This document shows, one piece after another, positions 40,638 to 54,315 of a stretch of 64,000 nucleotides of DNA. The translations under genes and the position numbers were made by a program. The notes beneath the pieces are model-generated. The model did no database searches, was not told the origin of the DNA, and worked only from the letters and a program-made list of their open reading frames with translations. Each line of letters starts with the position of its first letter. Position 1 is the stretch's first letter. The DNA lies in assembly GCA_964291285.2 (NCBI GenBank), contig OZ219788.1, forward strand, positions 224,001 through 288,000, read 5' to 3'. Origin of the DNA: Alphaproteobacteria bacterium. GTDB taxonomy: Bacteria > Pseudomonadota > Alphaproteobacteria > Bin95.

Positions 40638-41158
40638 GGAAGCCGCGCGCCGCCAGGCCGGATACGAACGCCATGAACCGCACGGTCTCGCTGACCGACG
40701 GGGAGTGGGGTTCGATCGGGCAATGGTCGGCCGCCCGCGGCAAGTCGAGGGCGCAATGGATGCGCGAATGCGCGCTGGCGGTGGACCTGCCGGCGAAGAG
40801 GGCCGTGGCCCGGCCTCTGGTGCTGGACGCCGGGGAACAGCGCTGCATTTCCTGCACGGTCGGGGATTTGGCGGGCCGGCTGTCTTCTTCGGGAAACGAA
40901 GCGGGCGGGCCCCCCGGAGACGACCTGCGGGCATTGCTGGCGGCGCGGCTGCGGACCATGGCCGGGGACGGCCGGCGCGAGGCCGCGGTCGAACTGCTTC
41001 GCCATGTGTTCGGCGAGGAACGGGCAGCCGTGATCGCGGCGGCATTCATCCCGGAGCCGCAGCCGATGGACCGAACGGATGACGGGTCATCGGAAACCCG
41101 CCCGGACGATCATTCCGGGCGGAAACCGGCACCCCAGAAAAACCTGTTCGATGACTGA
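40634..41158 (+). CDS. RHH/MobC-like small DNA-binding protein
   Basis: RTVSLTDGEWGSIGQWSAARGKSRAQWMRECAL; GGAGG RBS, ATGA overlap. Confidence 0.55.
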   Translation: MRKPRAARPDTNAMNRTVSLTDGEWGSIGQWSAARGKSRAQWMRECALAVDLPAKRAVARPLVLDAGEQRCISCTVGDLAGRLSSSGNEAGGPPGDDLRALLAARLRTMAGDGRREAAVELLRHVFGEERAAVIAAAFIPEPQPMDRTDDGSSETRPDDHSGRKPAPQKNLFDD

Positions 41159-41427
41159 ATGCCGGCGCGATTCCGCGCCGAACGGACGGATCGCCGCGAC
41201 GACTTCCGCGCTCTCCCGAGGGATGACCGCCCGACACCCCGGACCCTCGCCGTTGCGCGGACCGCGTTCCACTGCGCGAACAGCTCACGGCAGCGTCGGA
41301 TGACTTTCGGACGGGCGACGGGCGGCGCATGCCCGCCGTCTACCCCCGATCAGCGAGCGACCAATCCGCCGATTGAATGCCAAGCGATGAACCGTCCCGA
41401 AAGCGGGCAAATACCCTTGCCGTCGTC

Positions 41428-41598
41428 ATGACGAGCGGCTATCGTCTCATTGCGAGGCTGGCGGGGGCGGACAGGCTGGTGCTGATCCACCACGACCCGC
41501 GCCGCGACGACGAGGCGATGGACCGGCTTGTTGCGGAAGCGGCCGAATACCGGCCCGGCACGCAGGCCGCGCGGGAAGGCATGGTGCTGAGCTTGTAA
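41428..41598 (+). pseudogene. C-terminal remnant of an MBL-fold metallohydrolase
   Basis: AGADRLVLIHHDP.RDD...AAREGMVL. Confidence 0.55.
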
Positions 41599-41694
41599 GG
41601 CGATGGTGAGACGAGCCTTCAGCCATGCATTGATGGAGAGCGGTGGCCGGTCTGGACGAAGTAAAGTTGCAGATTACTACAGAGCGTTGTGTAG

Positions 41695-42897
41695 ATGACA
41701 GAAGAAAAACTCCCCTACGACATGGGCAACGCAGGCGACTTGCTCAAGCACGGCGTCCTGACCGAGTTTGTCCGCTGGCGGTTGGCCGCGGACCGAAGAC
41801 GGCGGATTCGCTTCTTGGACCTGTTCGGAGGAGAACCGCAGAGCTCCGACACACCCGAAGAAATTATCCACCGCCTCCGCGCCTTGTCCGGAAGCGCTTT
41901 GCAAGAGGCGCAAACAGGAATTAGAGACCGGCTTTATTATGGCAGTGGCCAACTGGTCAGAATACTGGGGGAACTTGTAGATGATCGAGTTTCCGTCTTC
42001 GTTTCCGATCGTGACGAGAGCCGTAGGCAACGGCTGCAGGCTGCCGGGCTATCGAGGTTGGAAGAGGCGTTTCCTGGCTACGGGTTAGAATGCGGATACG
42101 ATGCCTATGAAGCATTGGGGAGAATTTTGGGCCAGACCGAACCTGAGGACCTTATAATGATTGATCCGTTCGCGGATTTCCTTAAACCCGACAAATCAGG
42201 AAACAACAAGGCGAAGAAGATTATTCCGAGAGTAGCAGAAATGACGAAAACTTCTACTGTTTTGCTATTTGTACTCAATTTGAACCCTTTCAATCATGTC
42301 GGACGAGAATTCGACCAAATTCTGGAAGAGCATCTTCCCGATGCGTGGATTATGACATGTCCGCCAATTCACGGTAGTAGAATAGCAGGTGAAAGCAAGT
42401 ATTATGCTGATGTCGTGTTGGCTTCGCCATTCTTGAAGAAATCTTGCCACAAGGCATTGGAGCTGAAGGCCTGCCTCGAAGGCTTTGCAGGGAAATTAGC
42501 CGGCGCGCTATCATTTTCTGAACGTGGTGCGCGGATGCTAAAGCCGGAGGTCGTAAAGGGAGCAATCCAGGAGAGGACTGAAACCATGCTGGTCGGAAAG
42601 GATAGATCAAGGGAAGAACTCATGGAGCGAATTCTCGATTATCTTAACAAGAAGAAGATCCGGGCGACATACGGATCCGTAGCACCTTTGTTGAATACAC
42701 ATGTTCGTTCGGTATCGAAATATCTTGGGGAGAGGAGACCATATGCGTCTTGGGTTGTGAGTAAAAAGGACGGCACGCCAACGGGTTATTCGGAGGCGGA
42801 AATGCATGAAAGCCTATTCGATAACCGGAAGGTCATAACCAGTACCGATGAATTGTGTGAGGCGATGAGGAAACATGAAGGAAGAAAAGGATTTTGA
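41695..42897 (+). CDS. RlmJ-like SAM methyltransferase fused to an MGMT/ATL-like DNA-binding domain
   Basis: YDMGNAGDLLKH, LDLFGG, YYGS, IDPF; C-terminal ATYGSVA...RSVS...WVVSKKDGTPTGY; lower GC than surroundings. Confidence 0.6.
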   Translation: MTEEKLPYDMGNAGDLLKHGVLTEFVRWRLAADRRRRIRFLDLFGGEPQSSDTPEEIIHRLRALSGSALQEAQTGIRDRLYYGSGQLVRILGELVDDRVSVFVSDRDESRRQRLQAAGLSRLEEAFPGYGLECGYDAYEALGRILGQTEPEDLIMIDPFADFLKPDKSGNNKAKKIIPRVAEMTKTSTVLLFVLNLNPFNHVGREFDQILEEHLPDAWIMTCPPIHGSRIAGESKYYADVVLASPFLKKSCHKALELKACLEGFAGKLAGALSFSERGARMLKPEVVKGAIQERTETMLVGKDRSREELMERILDYLNKKKIRATYGSVAPLLNTHVRSVSKYLGERRPYASWVVSKKDGTPTGYSEAEMHESLFDNRKVITSTDELCEAMRKHEGRKGF

Positions 42898-43127
42898 TGG
42901 AGTATTTTGTTTTGGCAGCAGGGAGTACCGTAGTCGCTGTCGCCTTGTTTATCCATCTGTTGTCGCTGGCGCTGGGCGCTTCACTGGATGAGATTGTTGC
43001 AGTTATTGTCGTTGCCGGTGTTGTGGCGTTACTGCTTGCGGTCTTCGGCGGCCGGGGGATGCTGGTCGCAGTCGTCGGCGCGTTGGTGTTTTTCCGCTGG
43101 CTGAACCGGCGGAGTCGGGGCGACTGA
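42894..43127 (+). CDS. Small membrane protein
   Basis: Almost entirely hydrophobic 77 aa; start overlaps upstream stop. Confidence 0.6.
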   Translation: MMEYFVLAAGSTVVAVALFIHLLSLALGASLDEIVAVIVVAGVVALLLAVFGGRGMLVAVVGALVFFRWLNRRSRGD

Positions 43128-43178
43128 CGGCGGGCGCGCCGCTCAGCCTTTTTCCGGCTCTCAGCTCGACTTTGTGCA

Positions 43179-43640
43179 TTACGCAGCGAAGCAGAGGGCG
43201 TACTGCATACGCATTATCTTGTTGGGCGGAATTATGTTTGGTTCCCGGTTTGGCGGGGAGCGCGATAAATTGTTTCCAAGCCAGAGTTGGCATCGTATGG
43301 CCGCGATTGCATCGGAGAATGTGACGCTGGTTTTCTGGTACCAGGCGGCGGCGTAGGACGGGTGGTTTGTCGAGAGCACGTCTGTGGCCCAGAGGCAGAC
43401 GAGGCTGTAGAGCCCGCAGAGGACGGGGTGGTTCGTGCGATCGCCGCGTGTGACCACTGGCGTTGTGTTTCGAGCCCGAGATGGGCGCGCAGTTCCTGGA
43501 AGGTGACCTCGACCTGCCAGCGCCGCACGAAGGTGGCGATGATCTTGGCCGGCTCCATGTTGGTGTCGGTGCAGAAGAACGCCTGCGGGTCCCGCTCGCC
43601 TTCCGGGTCTCTCACCAGCATCCATCGGATGGCCTGGGAG
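43179..43640 (-). pseudogene. IS701/IS4-like transposase C-terminal remnant (frameshifted)
   Basis: LVRDPEG...AFFCTD...RRWQVEVTFQELRAHLGLETQRQWS...AAWYQK..TFSDAIA. Confidence 0.75.
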
Positions 43641-44285
43641 GTGTGCCAGAGAAAAACGAATTCAAGGTTATAGGAACACCCTGTTAAACGAAGCGCTGCT
43701 TTCCTCGTAAGGTAAGTCAGTATATGGCTTTGAGCGGATCAATGCAAGGTCCTTGTGTCACGATTATGGTTGTAGGAAAATTGGGTGAAGGCGGTAGTTG
43801 AGTAGCAGATTGGGAATTTTATTGTTATGCAGGACGTTGGCCATATGTGAAGCGGTATAGTAGCAGTCTGAAACAGAAGAGGCTATATGAACATCGATAT
43901 CGCATTGATGTATCGATCATGTGTTCCATGGCAAAAGAGCTGTGGTCTCCTTGTGTTGCGCGGGTCGTGAGGGCGGCCGGCGATGGCAGGGTCGGGCAGT
44001 GTAATCCGGCGACGGTAGTTATGTTATATCCAGTGCAAAATTACGCCTGAATTATGTCTGATGATGCATGGGTCGTCTCGATATCTTATGTTTAATTTGT
44101 GTTTCGGGGATGCCTGCACTGCGGAGTGATTTGTGTCAAATATATGCCTGCGGCGGTCACCGGCCGGTAAAGCAGGTTCAGTGTCACGCCCGGTCGCAGC
44201 ATATGCGTGACACAAGACCTGGCGGGGTATCCTGGTGGCCGGAGAGCACGGGACGGGATACCGGATCGGAGGGAGCTTTGCGGCA

Positions 44286-44830
44286 ATGAAGCGAAAGCAG
44301 CCGAGGAACCTGCATTGCAGCAAGGCAGAGCGCGAGGCGATCCGCGAGAGGACTGCGGCGGCGGGAAAGACGGTCTCGCGCTTCCTCCTCGACCCGGTCG
44401 TCTCCGGGGACCGGGAAGACCGGGTTCCGGGACTGACGTCCGGTGAACTGGCGGAACTCTGCGAGGGGTTTCGGGCGGTCGTTGCGTTCGTGCGTTCCCG
44501 CGAAGACCGGCAGGGTCCTGCGGCTTGCGGCAACGGGGTTTCGCCGGTTGTGGAAAGAGGCGGCCCGGCGCCAGGCCAGGAACGCGGGTGCGCCTGTCGG
44601 TTTCGGCAACGGACGAGGAATGGACCGCGGTCCGGGAGCGGGCCGCAGGGCATGGCCTGTCGATATCGGATTTCCTCGTCGGGCTCGCCCTGCCGGCCGG
44701 GTCCGCTTCGGGCGCCGGACCGCTGCCGGCACTCGATGGCGTGGAACAGCGCGAGGCGCTCGACGCGATCCGGTACATGCGCGGGTTTATGCTGGCGATG
44801 GACGCTCGCAATGCTGCGCCGCCTGAAGTC
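44286..44830 (+). pseudogene. Second, apparently decayed RHH-like gene pair
   Basis: RNLHCSKAEREAIRERTAAAGKTVSRFLL and RLSVSATDEEWTAVRERAAGHGLSISDFLV resemble 40305 and 40634; gene ends unclear. Confidence 0.45.
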
Positions 44831-45108
44831 CGTGACCGGATTGCCGCGCCGCACGGCTCGCCCGATACCGGGGCGGCCGGTCTCTCCAGTCCGCAAAAGG
44901 CCGGTTGCACCTCCTTGCCCGGCGGCAGGCGGGCGGAGCGGACAGAGGGCGCGCGGAACCCTCCGATGCGGCCGGGCCATCGAAAGCACCGGGCGGGTCC
45001 GGGCGCAGGTCGGAAGACGACCGGGAGCCGCGACGGGGTGGACTGTTCCGAGCCGGGCATGGTCGTCCCGGTTCTTGAGGGGCGGGCGGACACATGGTGG
45101 TGCGAGCA

Positions 45109-45250
45109 AATGTTGAAGCGCGCTCACAGGGGCACCTCCCACAAGCTCTCCCCGAAGCACCTGCATAGATATATCGATGAGTTTGCAGGCAAGCACAACA
45201 TCAGGGACTCAGTGACCTTCGCCCAGATGCGCGATACCGTCCTCCGACGC
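45109..45250 (+). pseudogene. IS1595-family transposase C-terminal remnant
   Basis: LKRAHRGTSHKLSPKHLHRYIDEFAGKHN. Confidence 0.65.
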
Positions 45251-45270
45251 GCGTGCCGGCTTCCCGGACC

Positions 45271-46608
45271 TCAATTGCCGGACGCGGCCTGGAGCGCCTT
45301 GTGTAATGCCTCGGACAGTTTTCCGTCGAGCGGCAGCCCGGTCGCGGCCTGAAAGGCACGGATTGCAGCGCGGGTTCTGGGTCCAGCTATCCCGTCGGTC
45401 GGGCCGGGGTCGTAGCCGAGCCGGGCAAGGGCGAGTTGCACCGACCTGACCCGCACCAGCCGTCGCGCCGCGGCGAGCCGGGCCGCCGCCAGCCGGCCTT
45501 CGTCCCTACCCGGCCGCCACGCCCGCGCCAGCCGTTGCGCCTCGCGGAGCTGCGTCGCCGTCAGCCGCTGCGCCACCCGGTCCCGGCCGTCTACGGCAGG
45601 TTCCCGGACAGCTTTGCCAGAGGCTCTGGCGGCGGCAAGATTGTACCACATGTGTGCCCGCACCGGATCACGGGTGACGCCCCGCCCGAATTCATACATG
45701 AAGCCGAGACTGCCCTGTGCTCTGGTGTCCCCCTGCTCCGCCGCCTTGCGGAACCACTGGACGGCCTCCGCATAGTCCTGCGGCACGCCTTGGCCTTGGT
45801 CGTACACGACGCCGAGATTATTCTGTGCAGTGGCGTGACCCTGCTCTGCCGCCTTGCGATACCACCGGGCGGCCTCCGCATAGTCCTGCGGCACGCCTTG
45901 GCCTTCGGCGTACATGACGCCGAGATTATTCTGTGCAGCGGCGTGACCCTGCTCTGTCGCCTTGCGATACCACCGGGCGGCCTCCGCATAGTCCTGCGGC
46001 ACGCCTTGGCCTTCGGCGTACATGACGCCGAGATTATTCTGTGCAGTGGCGTCACCCTGCTCTGCCGCCTTGCGATACCACCGGGCGGCCTCCGCATAGT
46101 CCTGCGGCACGCCCCGGCCTTCGGCGTACATGACGCCGAGATTATTCTGTGCAGCGGCGTGACCCTGCTCTGCCGCCTTGCGATACCACCGGACAGCCTC
46201 CGCATCGTCCTGCGGCACGCCTTGGCCTTGGTCGTACATGACGCCGAGATTGTACTGTGCAGCGGCGTGACCCTGCTCTGCCGCCTTGCGATACCACCGG
46301 ACAGCCTCCGCATCGTCTTGCGGCACGCCTTGGCCTTGGTCGTACATGAAGCCGAGATTATTCTGTGCATCAGCATGTCCCTGCTCCGCCGCCTTGCGAT
46401 ACCATCGGGCAGCCTCCGCATCGTCCTGCGGCACGCCTTTGCCTCCGGCGTACATCTTGCCGAGATTGAACTGTGCTCTGGCTTCCCCCTGCTCGGCGCG
46501 CGCACCCAGGGCGTCGACCTGCGCGGCAATGTCCGGCTGCTGCGCAACGGCAGGCGAGAGTTGCAGGACCAAGGCAAGAGTCAGGAGTATGCGCTGGATC
46601 GTCATCAT
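45271..46608 (-). CDS. Secreted Sel1-repeat protein with C-terminal peptidoglycan-binding domain
   Basis: Signal peptide; eight 36-aa AQxNLGxMY..G.GVPQD.AEA.RWYRKAAEQG repeats; VQLALARLGYDPGPTDG..GPRTRAAIRAFQ. Confidence 0.93.
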   Translation of the reverse strand: MMTIQRILLTLALVLQLSPAVAQQPDIAAQVDALGARAEQGEARAQFNLGKMYAGGKGVPQDDAEAARWYRKAAEQGHADAQNNLGFMYDQGQGVPQDDAEAVRWYRKAAEQGHAAAQYNLGVMYDQGQGVPQDDAEAVRWYRKAAEQGHAAAQNNLGVMYAEGRGVPQDYAEAARWYRKAAEQGDATAQNNLGVMYAEGQGVPQDYAEAARWYRKATEQGHAAAQNNLGVMYAEGQGVPQDYAEAARWYRKAAEQGHATAQNNLGVVYDQGQGVPQDYAEAVQWFRKAAEQGDTRAQGSLGFMYEFGRGVTRDPVRAHMWYNLAAARASGKAVREPAVDGRDRVAQRLTATQLREAQRLARAWRPGRDEGRLAAARLAAARRLVRVRSVQLALARLGYDPGPTDGIAGPRTRAAIRAFQAATGLPLDGKLSEALHKALQAASGN

Positions 46609-46937
46609 GCCTTGCCTCGTGCGCCGGTTGGGTTGTCGGTCCGTTCGGCAGACCGTCGCGCCGGCCTCCTGCGGCCGCCTTCAACGATACCGGCGGTCCG
46701 CTCACAGAGAAACCCCGCCGGGCAACCGGGCCTATGCAAAAATCGACAGCGACATCAATCAAACCCGAAATTCTGCAAGAGGTTGTCGCAGGCATGACCG
46801 CGGGTCTGACCCTGATCGGCGAGCTGATTTTTTGCGGCTGGGTTTTGGCTTTCCTGGAACCGTTGTTGAGTGTTGCGGCGTTGTTCAGGCGGGCGTCGTC
46901 GGGTTTGGTATGGATTGGGGGCGGTCTGGCCGCAGTT

Positions 46938-47699
46938 TTGCCGTGAAACAGATTCGGTTGAGGGGCGCGCGGAGGGGTTCCAACGCCGTGTTGCGGAGTT
47001 GGGGTCGGTGGCCGAGATCGGCGCGGCAGGGACGAGCGTTGGACTTCCCCGATGTGGCCCGTAGCAGTCCCGCGTTGCCGGCTGGCGTGTTTCAGGGGGC
47101 TCAGGCGGCCTTGAGTTCTGGCGCGTTGACGGGTGCGATGTAGCCGTATCGTCGGAGTATTCGGATCCAGCGCGGGGCGTTGCGTTTGACCATCAGGGCG
47201 TCGTAGTCGGCGGTGCGGTCGTAGTAGGGCGTGGCGGTCTTGAGGACGACATGGATGATGCGCAGCATCTTGTGGGCGCCGGCGACGATGGCGCGCTTGT
47301 AGCCGCGCCGTGCGGCAAGCGCGCGGTGGTGGGCCTCGAACTGGCATCCTTTGGTTCGGGCGGCGCCGTGGGCGCACTCGACGAGGCTGGCACGCAGGGT
47401 TCCGGAGCCCTTTCGGGTGCGCGCGTTGCGGCGCTTTCCGCCGCTCTCGTTGTTGCCGGGGCACAGCCCGGCCCAGGCGGCGAAGTGCTCCCTGGAGGCG
47501 AAGGCCCCGATATCGGGTCCGATCTCGATCAGGATGGTCGAGGCGGCGGTGCGGTCGATCCCGGGGATGGTGGTCAGCAGACGGAGCTGCTGCTCCCACG
47601 GCGTCATCTGCCCGTCGATCCTGTCAGTGCAGGAGGCGATGCGCGCCTCCAGCGCGTCATGCTCCGCCAGCAGGTCGCCGAGCATGAAGCGGTCGTTGT
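46938..47699 (-). mobile_element. IS110-family element, 3' half only
   Basis: TIPGID, WAGLCPGNNESGGK, AIVAGAHK; 5' half lost at the IS21 junction; right end approximate. Confidence 0.85.
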
Positions 47700-47785
47700 T
47701 GCGGCGCGACAATCAACTTGAGACTTCCGCGTCAATCAGGATGAGACGAGGGAAGGCGGCGGCCCGGAACGGAGGGAGGGCGTAG

Positions 47786-50235
<2,450 letters not shown>

Positions 50236-50487
50236 CCCGAGGCCACCAGCTCGGCCGAACTGCCCTCACACTCACGGCCCGCGGGGATCGCCTCCGCGGG
50301 CCGCTTCATCTCCGGCCCACCGGACCGCCGCGACAATCAAAAATCCTCGGAACCTGTCGCGCCGCGACAATCAAAACCAAAAACCGCTTGCAATCCCCGC
50401 CGCGCGACACAATCCTCTCCCTCGTCGCTGCCGCCGGGAATCTCATCCTGATTGACGCGCGGCTCTCATCCAGATTGTCGCGCTATA

Positions 50488-53422
50488 AGAGCCAATTTTC
50501 GCGCATGAACTGCCAGACATTCTCGACGGGATTGAGCTCGGGGGACCGGGGCGGGAGCGGCATCAGGGTTATGTTGTCGGGGACTTTGAGGGCCGGGGAT
50601 GTGTGCCATCCGGCCCGGTCGAGCATGACGAGGGCATGGGCTCCGGGTTCAACGGTGAGGGCGACCTCGGCGAGGTGGGCGTTGAGTGCCTCCGTGTTGG
50701 CGTGGGGCATGACGAGGCCGGCGGCCTTGCCCTTCTGCGGGCATATGGCGCCGAAGATGTAGGCCGAGATGGTTCTCTGGTCCTTGGGCGCTGACGGTCG
50801 GGTGCCGCGTTTCGCCCATCGCCGGGTGATCCTGTTCTTCTGCCCGACGCCGCCTCGTCCCGCCACCGGACTTCGACCTCGACGCCGTCGCCGAGTGCAG
50901 CGCGGATGTCCCTCAGGCGGTCGGGGAAGTTTTTTTGAACGCCGCCAGCGCGGCTTCGTCCCGGGCATGGTGGCGCGGGCGCGCAGACAGCCTGGCGTAG
51001 CCCATCCGGCGCAACTCCCGCCCGACCGTCGTCTCCGCCAACGAGATGCCGAACTGCTCCCTGAGCCATGCCGCCAGGTCGCAGCGCCGCCACCGCACCA
51101 CGCCGTGGACCGCCGGGTCCGGACCGCTCTCCACTACCGCCGCCAGCGCCGCGCGCTGCTCCCCGTTCAACTTGCGCGGCGGACCTGAGGCCTTGCGATC
51201 CTTCAATCCCTCCGGGCCTTCCGCGTTGAAGCGAAGAACCCAGTCCCGGATGATCTGCAAGCCCACCCCCGCAAAACGCGCCGCATCCGAACGACGGTAA
51301 CCGTCGTAAATCACCGCAAGCGCAAGAAGGCGACGGTTCTGCGAACCATCCCGGCTCCGCTGCGCCAAGCCGCGCAACTGCGCCGCATCAAAATCCTCCC
51401 TCAAGCCCAACTTCAACAGTGACGATTAAAAGTATTCGATAGAACAGGGAGTTACACCGGCATCGCCGGGTGTACCCACTACATTTCGTTGATTTTGGGG
51501 ACGGTCAGGCTTTGTGTTCGCGCCAGTTCGGCGGCAGCGCGATGCCGACGGCCTGGAAGACCTTTCCGACCTGGCCCTCGACATGGGTGCGGGTGGTGAT
51601 GCGCTTGCCGTCCTTCTCGATGGTGGCCTCTTGCAGGCGGTCGAGATCGCGGATCAGGTCGTCCCATTCGACGTTGACGTTGGCGGCGGCGCAGCGGTCG
51701 GCCAGTTCCTTCTGGAGGACGAGCGCGAGGAAGGAGCAGAAGACGTGGCCGCGGATCGCGGCGTCGCAGGAGTGGTAGATCGGGCGGGTGCGCAACTGGG
51801 CCTTCGCCCGGCGGAACAGGTCTTCCACCGTGAGCAGCTCCCGGTAGCGGAGCACGGCATTGAGCGGCGTCATGCCGGCGTTGGTGCGCAGCACGAAGAT
51901 GCCGTCGAAGCGGGCCTCCTCGGCGAGCTTGCCGGCGTCGATCTCGAACGCCTTGCCCGCGCCCGTGCGGCGCAGATAACGCCGGTAGGCGCTGTTGCCG
52001 ATCAGCGCTTTCTCGCCGTCCGCAAGGCGGCGCTGGAGGCCGTCCACCACGGCCTGCCGGTCGGCGCGGTCCTTCTGTGCCTCCGCCTCGTTGCGGCACA
52101 CGATGTAGCGCGCGCCGCCCACCGTGACTTCCTTCACGAACAGCTGCGTCTCGCCGCGCGGACGCTTGAGGAGCAGCGGCACAAAGGGCTTCGTGTCCTT
52201 CAGCACCACCTCGCGGACCACCTTCGTGCGCCGCTCGCGCGCGCCCAGGATGTAGTCCAGCCCCCGCTCTTCCAGCGCCGCTATCGTCGCCGCCGAGATC
52301 ATCCCCCGGTCCGCCACCACGCACACACGACCGATCCCGAAGCGTGACCGAAGACGGTCCACGATCGGCAGCAGCACCCTGGTGTCGGCCGTGTTGCCCG
52401 GCAGCATCTCCGTGCACACAGGCCGGCCCTCGCCGTCCAGCACCACCGCCAGAACCATCTGGCGCAAGTCCGGGCGATGGTCCTTCGAGTAGCCGTGCGC
52501 GCCCAGCGTCTCGCCGCCCGCGCCGTGGAACGACAGCGTCGTGGTGTCCATGAACACCACAGACAGGTCGGTGAACAGGTCCCGCCTGTGCTCGAACAGA
52601 CGCTCCTCGATCCCGTCCTTCACGCAGCGCGGCGCAAGCGCGCCTTCCGCCGGCGCCTCCAGCTCCTCCCCGAGCCAGGCCATCGCCCGATACAGCTGAT
52701 GAAGCCGCAGCCCCTCGATCCCCTCGATCGCGTAGTCGGCCATCCACTTCTCGCAGGACCGGTCCGAACCCGACACGAACAGACGGTGCAGAACGCTCAC
52801 AAACACCGCCCGCTCGACGGCGAACCCGAAGCCGCGACCGTCCAGAAGCTCCTTCACGACAGCGCCCACGCCCAGCCGATCCCACAGCCGACCGAACAGC
52901 AGCGGACCGCCGACCCGCACGCAGGCCAGCGCGCCCGCCTCCATGTCCTCCAGCACCACGGACCGCTCCGAATGGCGCGCCAGGGACGCGATCAGACGGT
53001 CCAGCTCCCCGCTCGCCTGCAACACGTCCTTGCGGCAGCGCGCGGATCGTGCGCTGGCGCACCCGCTTGCCCTCGCGCACGCTCTCCACGAGGTAGAGAT
53101 AGCGGTGGCCCCGGGCGGTCGTTTCGCGCACGAACATGACCGCGTTGTATGTCTTCGATATCGACCACTCAAGAAAACAAGGCCAAATCAGCAAAAATGT
53201 TTCACTACATTTTTCTCAACCCGCGCCAATCATCACCCCACTATCCAATCATTTCAACAACTTGGCGAAACCGCGCCCGGCAAAAATCGACACCGACTGT
53301 TCAAGTTGGGTCAAGGGGATTGCTGCCCTCATAACGACCCTCCAATCGCAGAATCGCTATTGAGCCAGAACTCGATAACCTTGGGAATCCCCTCAATGAG
53401 TCTCAACCCTCAACCGCTGGTA
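50488..53422 (-). mobile_element. IS630-family element, interrupted by IS1634 and 3'-truncated by IS21
   Basis: ATG at 53332 gives MRAAIPL|REDFDAAQL once IS1634 is removed; AAAAAAAC frameshift site near 50930; DRAGWH, SPELNPVENVW; TA at the left end. Confidence 0.88.
51406..53310 (-). mobile_element. IS1634-family element (transposase 51505-53137 with a frameshift near 53040)
   Basis: TIR CCCAACTT(C/G)AACAGT; 5-bp TSD TCAAG; DTTT, GYSKDHRPDL, ADRGM. Confidence 0.9.
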
Positions 53423-53903
53423 TAATGGGTCTCGAAGTTGAAGCTGCGGTCGAGGCGGGCGTTGATCCGCTCCATGGCGGTGCGCCGGTTGTATCCGCGC
53501 CGCCACGACGGGCTGCCCCAGGGCGTGGGCGTGAAGATACGCCGGTCATGGCTGTCGAGGTCGACGCGCAGGATGCGGCCGTATTCGCCGGACTTCACCC
53601 CACCCGCCCGATGGCAGGCCCCGCGTCCCTTGCACTCGAAGCCGAAGGCGGCTGCGGGGCAGCGGTATTTGAGCGTGCCGCAGACGCCGCGCCCGGCCTC
53701 GAACCCCTGGAAGGCCATGGCGCGGACCTCGCCGGTCTGCGGGCACACGCAGGACACCCGGCCGCGTTCGTCATGAACGATGACGTCGGCGCGCCCGGGG
53801 AACAGCGGTCGCGTGATCGGCCGGGCCGGGTCATGGCCCGGCTCCTTCTTCTCGACCCGCCACATCAGGCGCGTGTCGATCAGCGGGCGGATATGCCACC
53901 TGT
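53423..53903 (-). pseudogene. Internal fragment of a third IS1182-like transposase copy
   Basis: Near-identical to about 24979-25458; cut at a TA by IS630. Confidence 0.9.
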
Positions 53904-53931
53904 ACGGCAAACCAGCCTTGCCATGACCGCC

Positions 53932-54315
53932 TCAGGGCTGCGGCGCGGGGCCGCCTTCCGGATCAGCACTGGCCGAAACCGCCTGCCAGCGCGCTGCCGC
54001 GCCCGGGTCGGTCAGACGGTCCAGGTCGCCCTCCCGCGAGAGCCAGGCATCGACGGCATCGCCGAGAGCGGCCCAGCGGTCCCCCAGGTCGAGGTCCTCC
54101 ATGCGCTCCTGCTCTACCTTCACCAGCACCAGCAGTTCGCGCACCGCGCGCCGCATGACGACGGCCGGCACCGCCTCCGCCATGATGGCCCGGTGAACGA
54201 TGTAGCGCGATATTTCCATGCCCGCCTCGTCGGCAAGCTCCCTGATGCGCGCCCACTCGTTCGCCGTCGCCATCACCGCATGCCGGGTGCGGCGGCCCCC
54301 CGGCGGCCGGCTCAT
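53932..54315 (-). CDS. RHH/MobC-like small DNA-binding protein
   Basis: HAVMATANEWARIRELADEAGMEISRYIV. Confidence 0.55.
   Translation of the reverse strand: MSRPPGGRRTRHAVMATANEWARIRELADEAGMEISRYIVHRAIMAEAVPAVVMRRAVRELLVLVKVEQERMEDLDLGDRWAALGDAVDAWLSREGDLDRLTDPGAAARWQAVSASADPEGGPAPQP

Noticed and set aside
45700-46480. Regular ~108-bp repeats as a possible CRISPR array
   Set aside because: They are in-frame Sel1 coding repeats with no unique spacers, and there are no cas genes
46690-46937. Possible further IS end fragments (TTCTGCAAGAGGT)
   Set aside because: No partner repeat or transposase in the window to confirm
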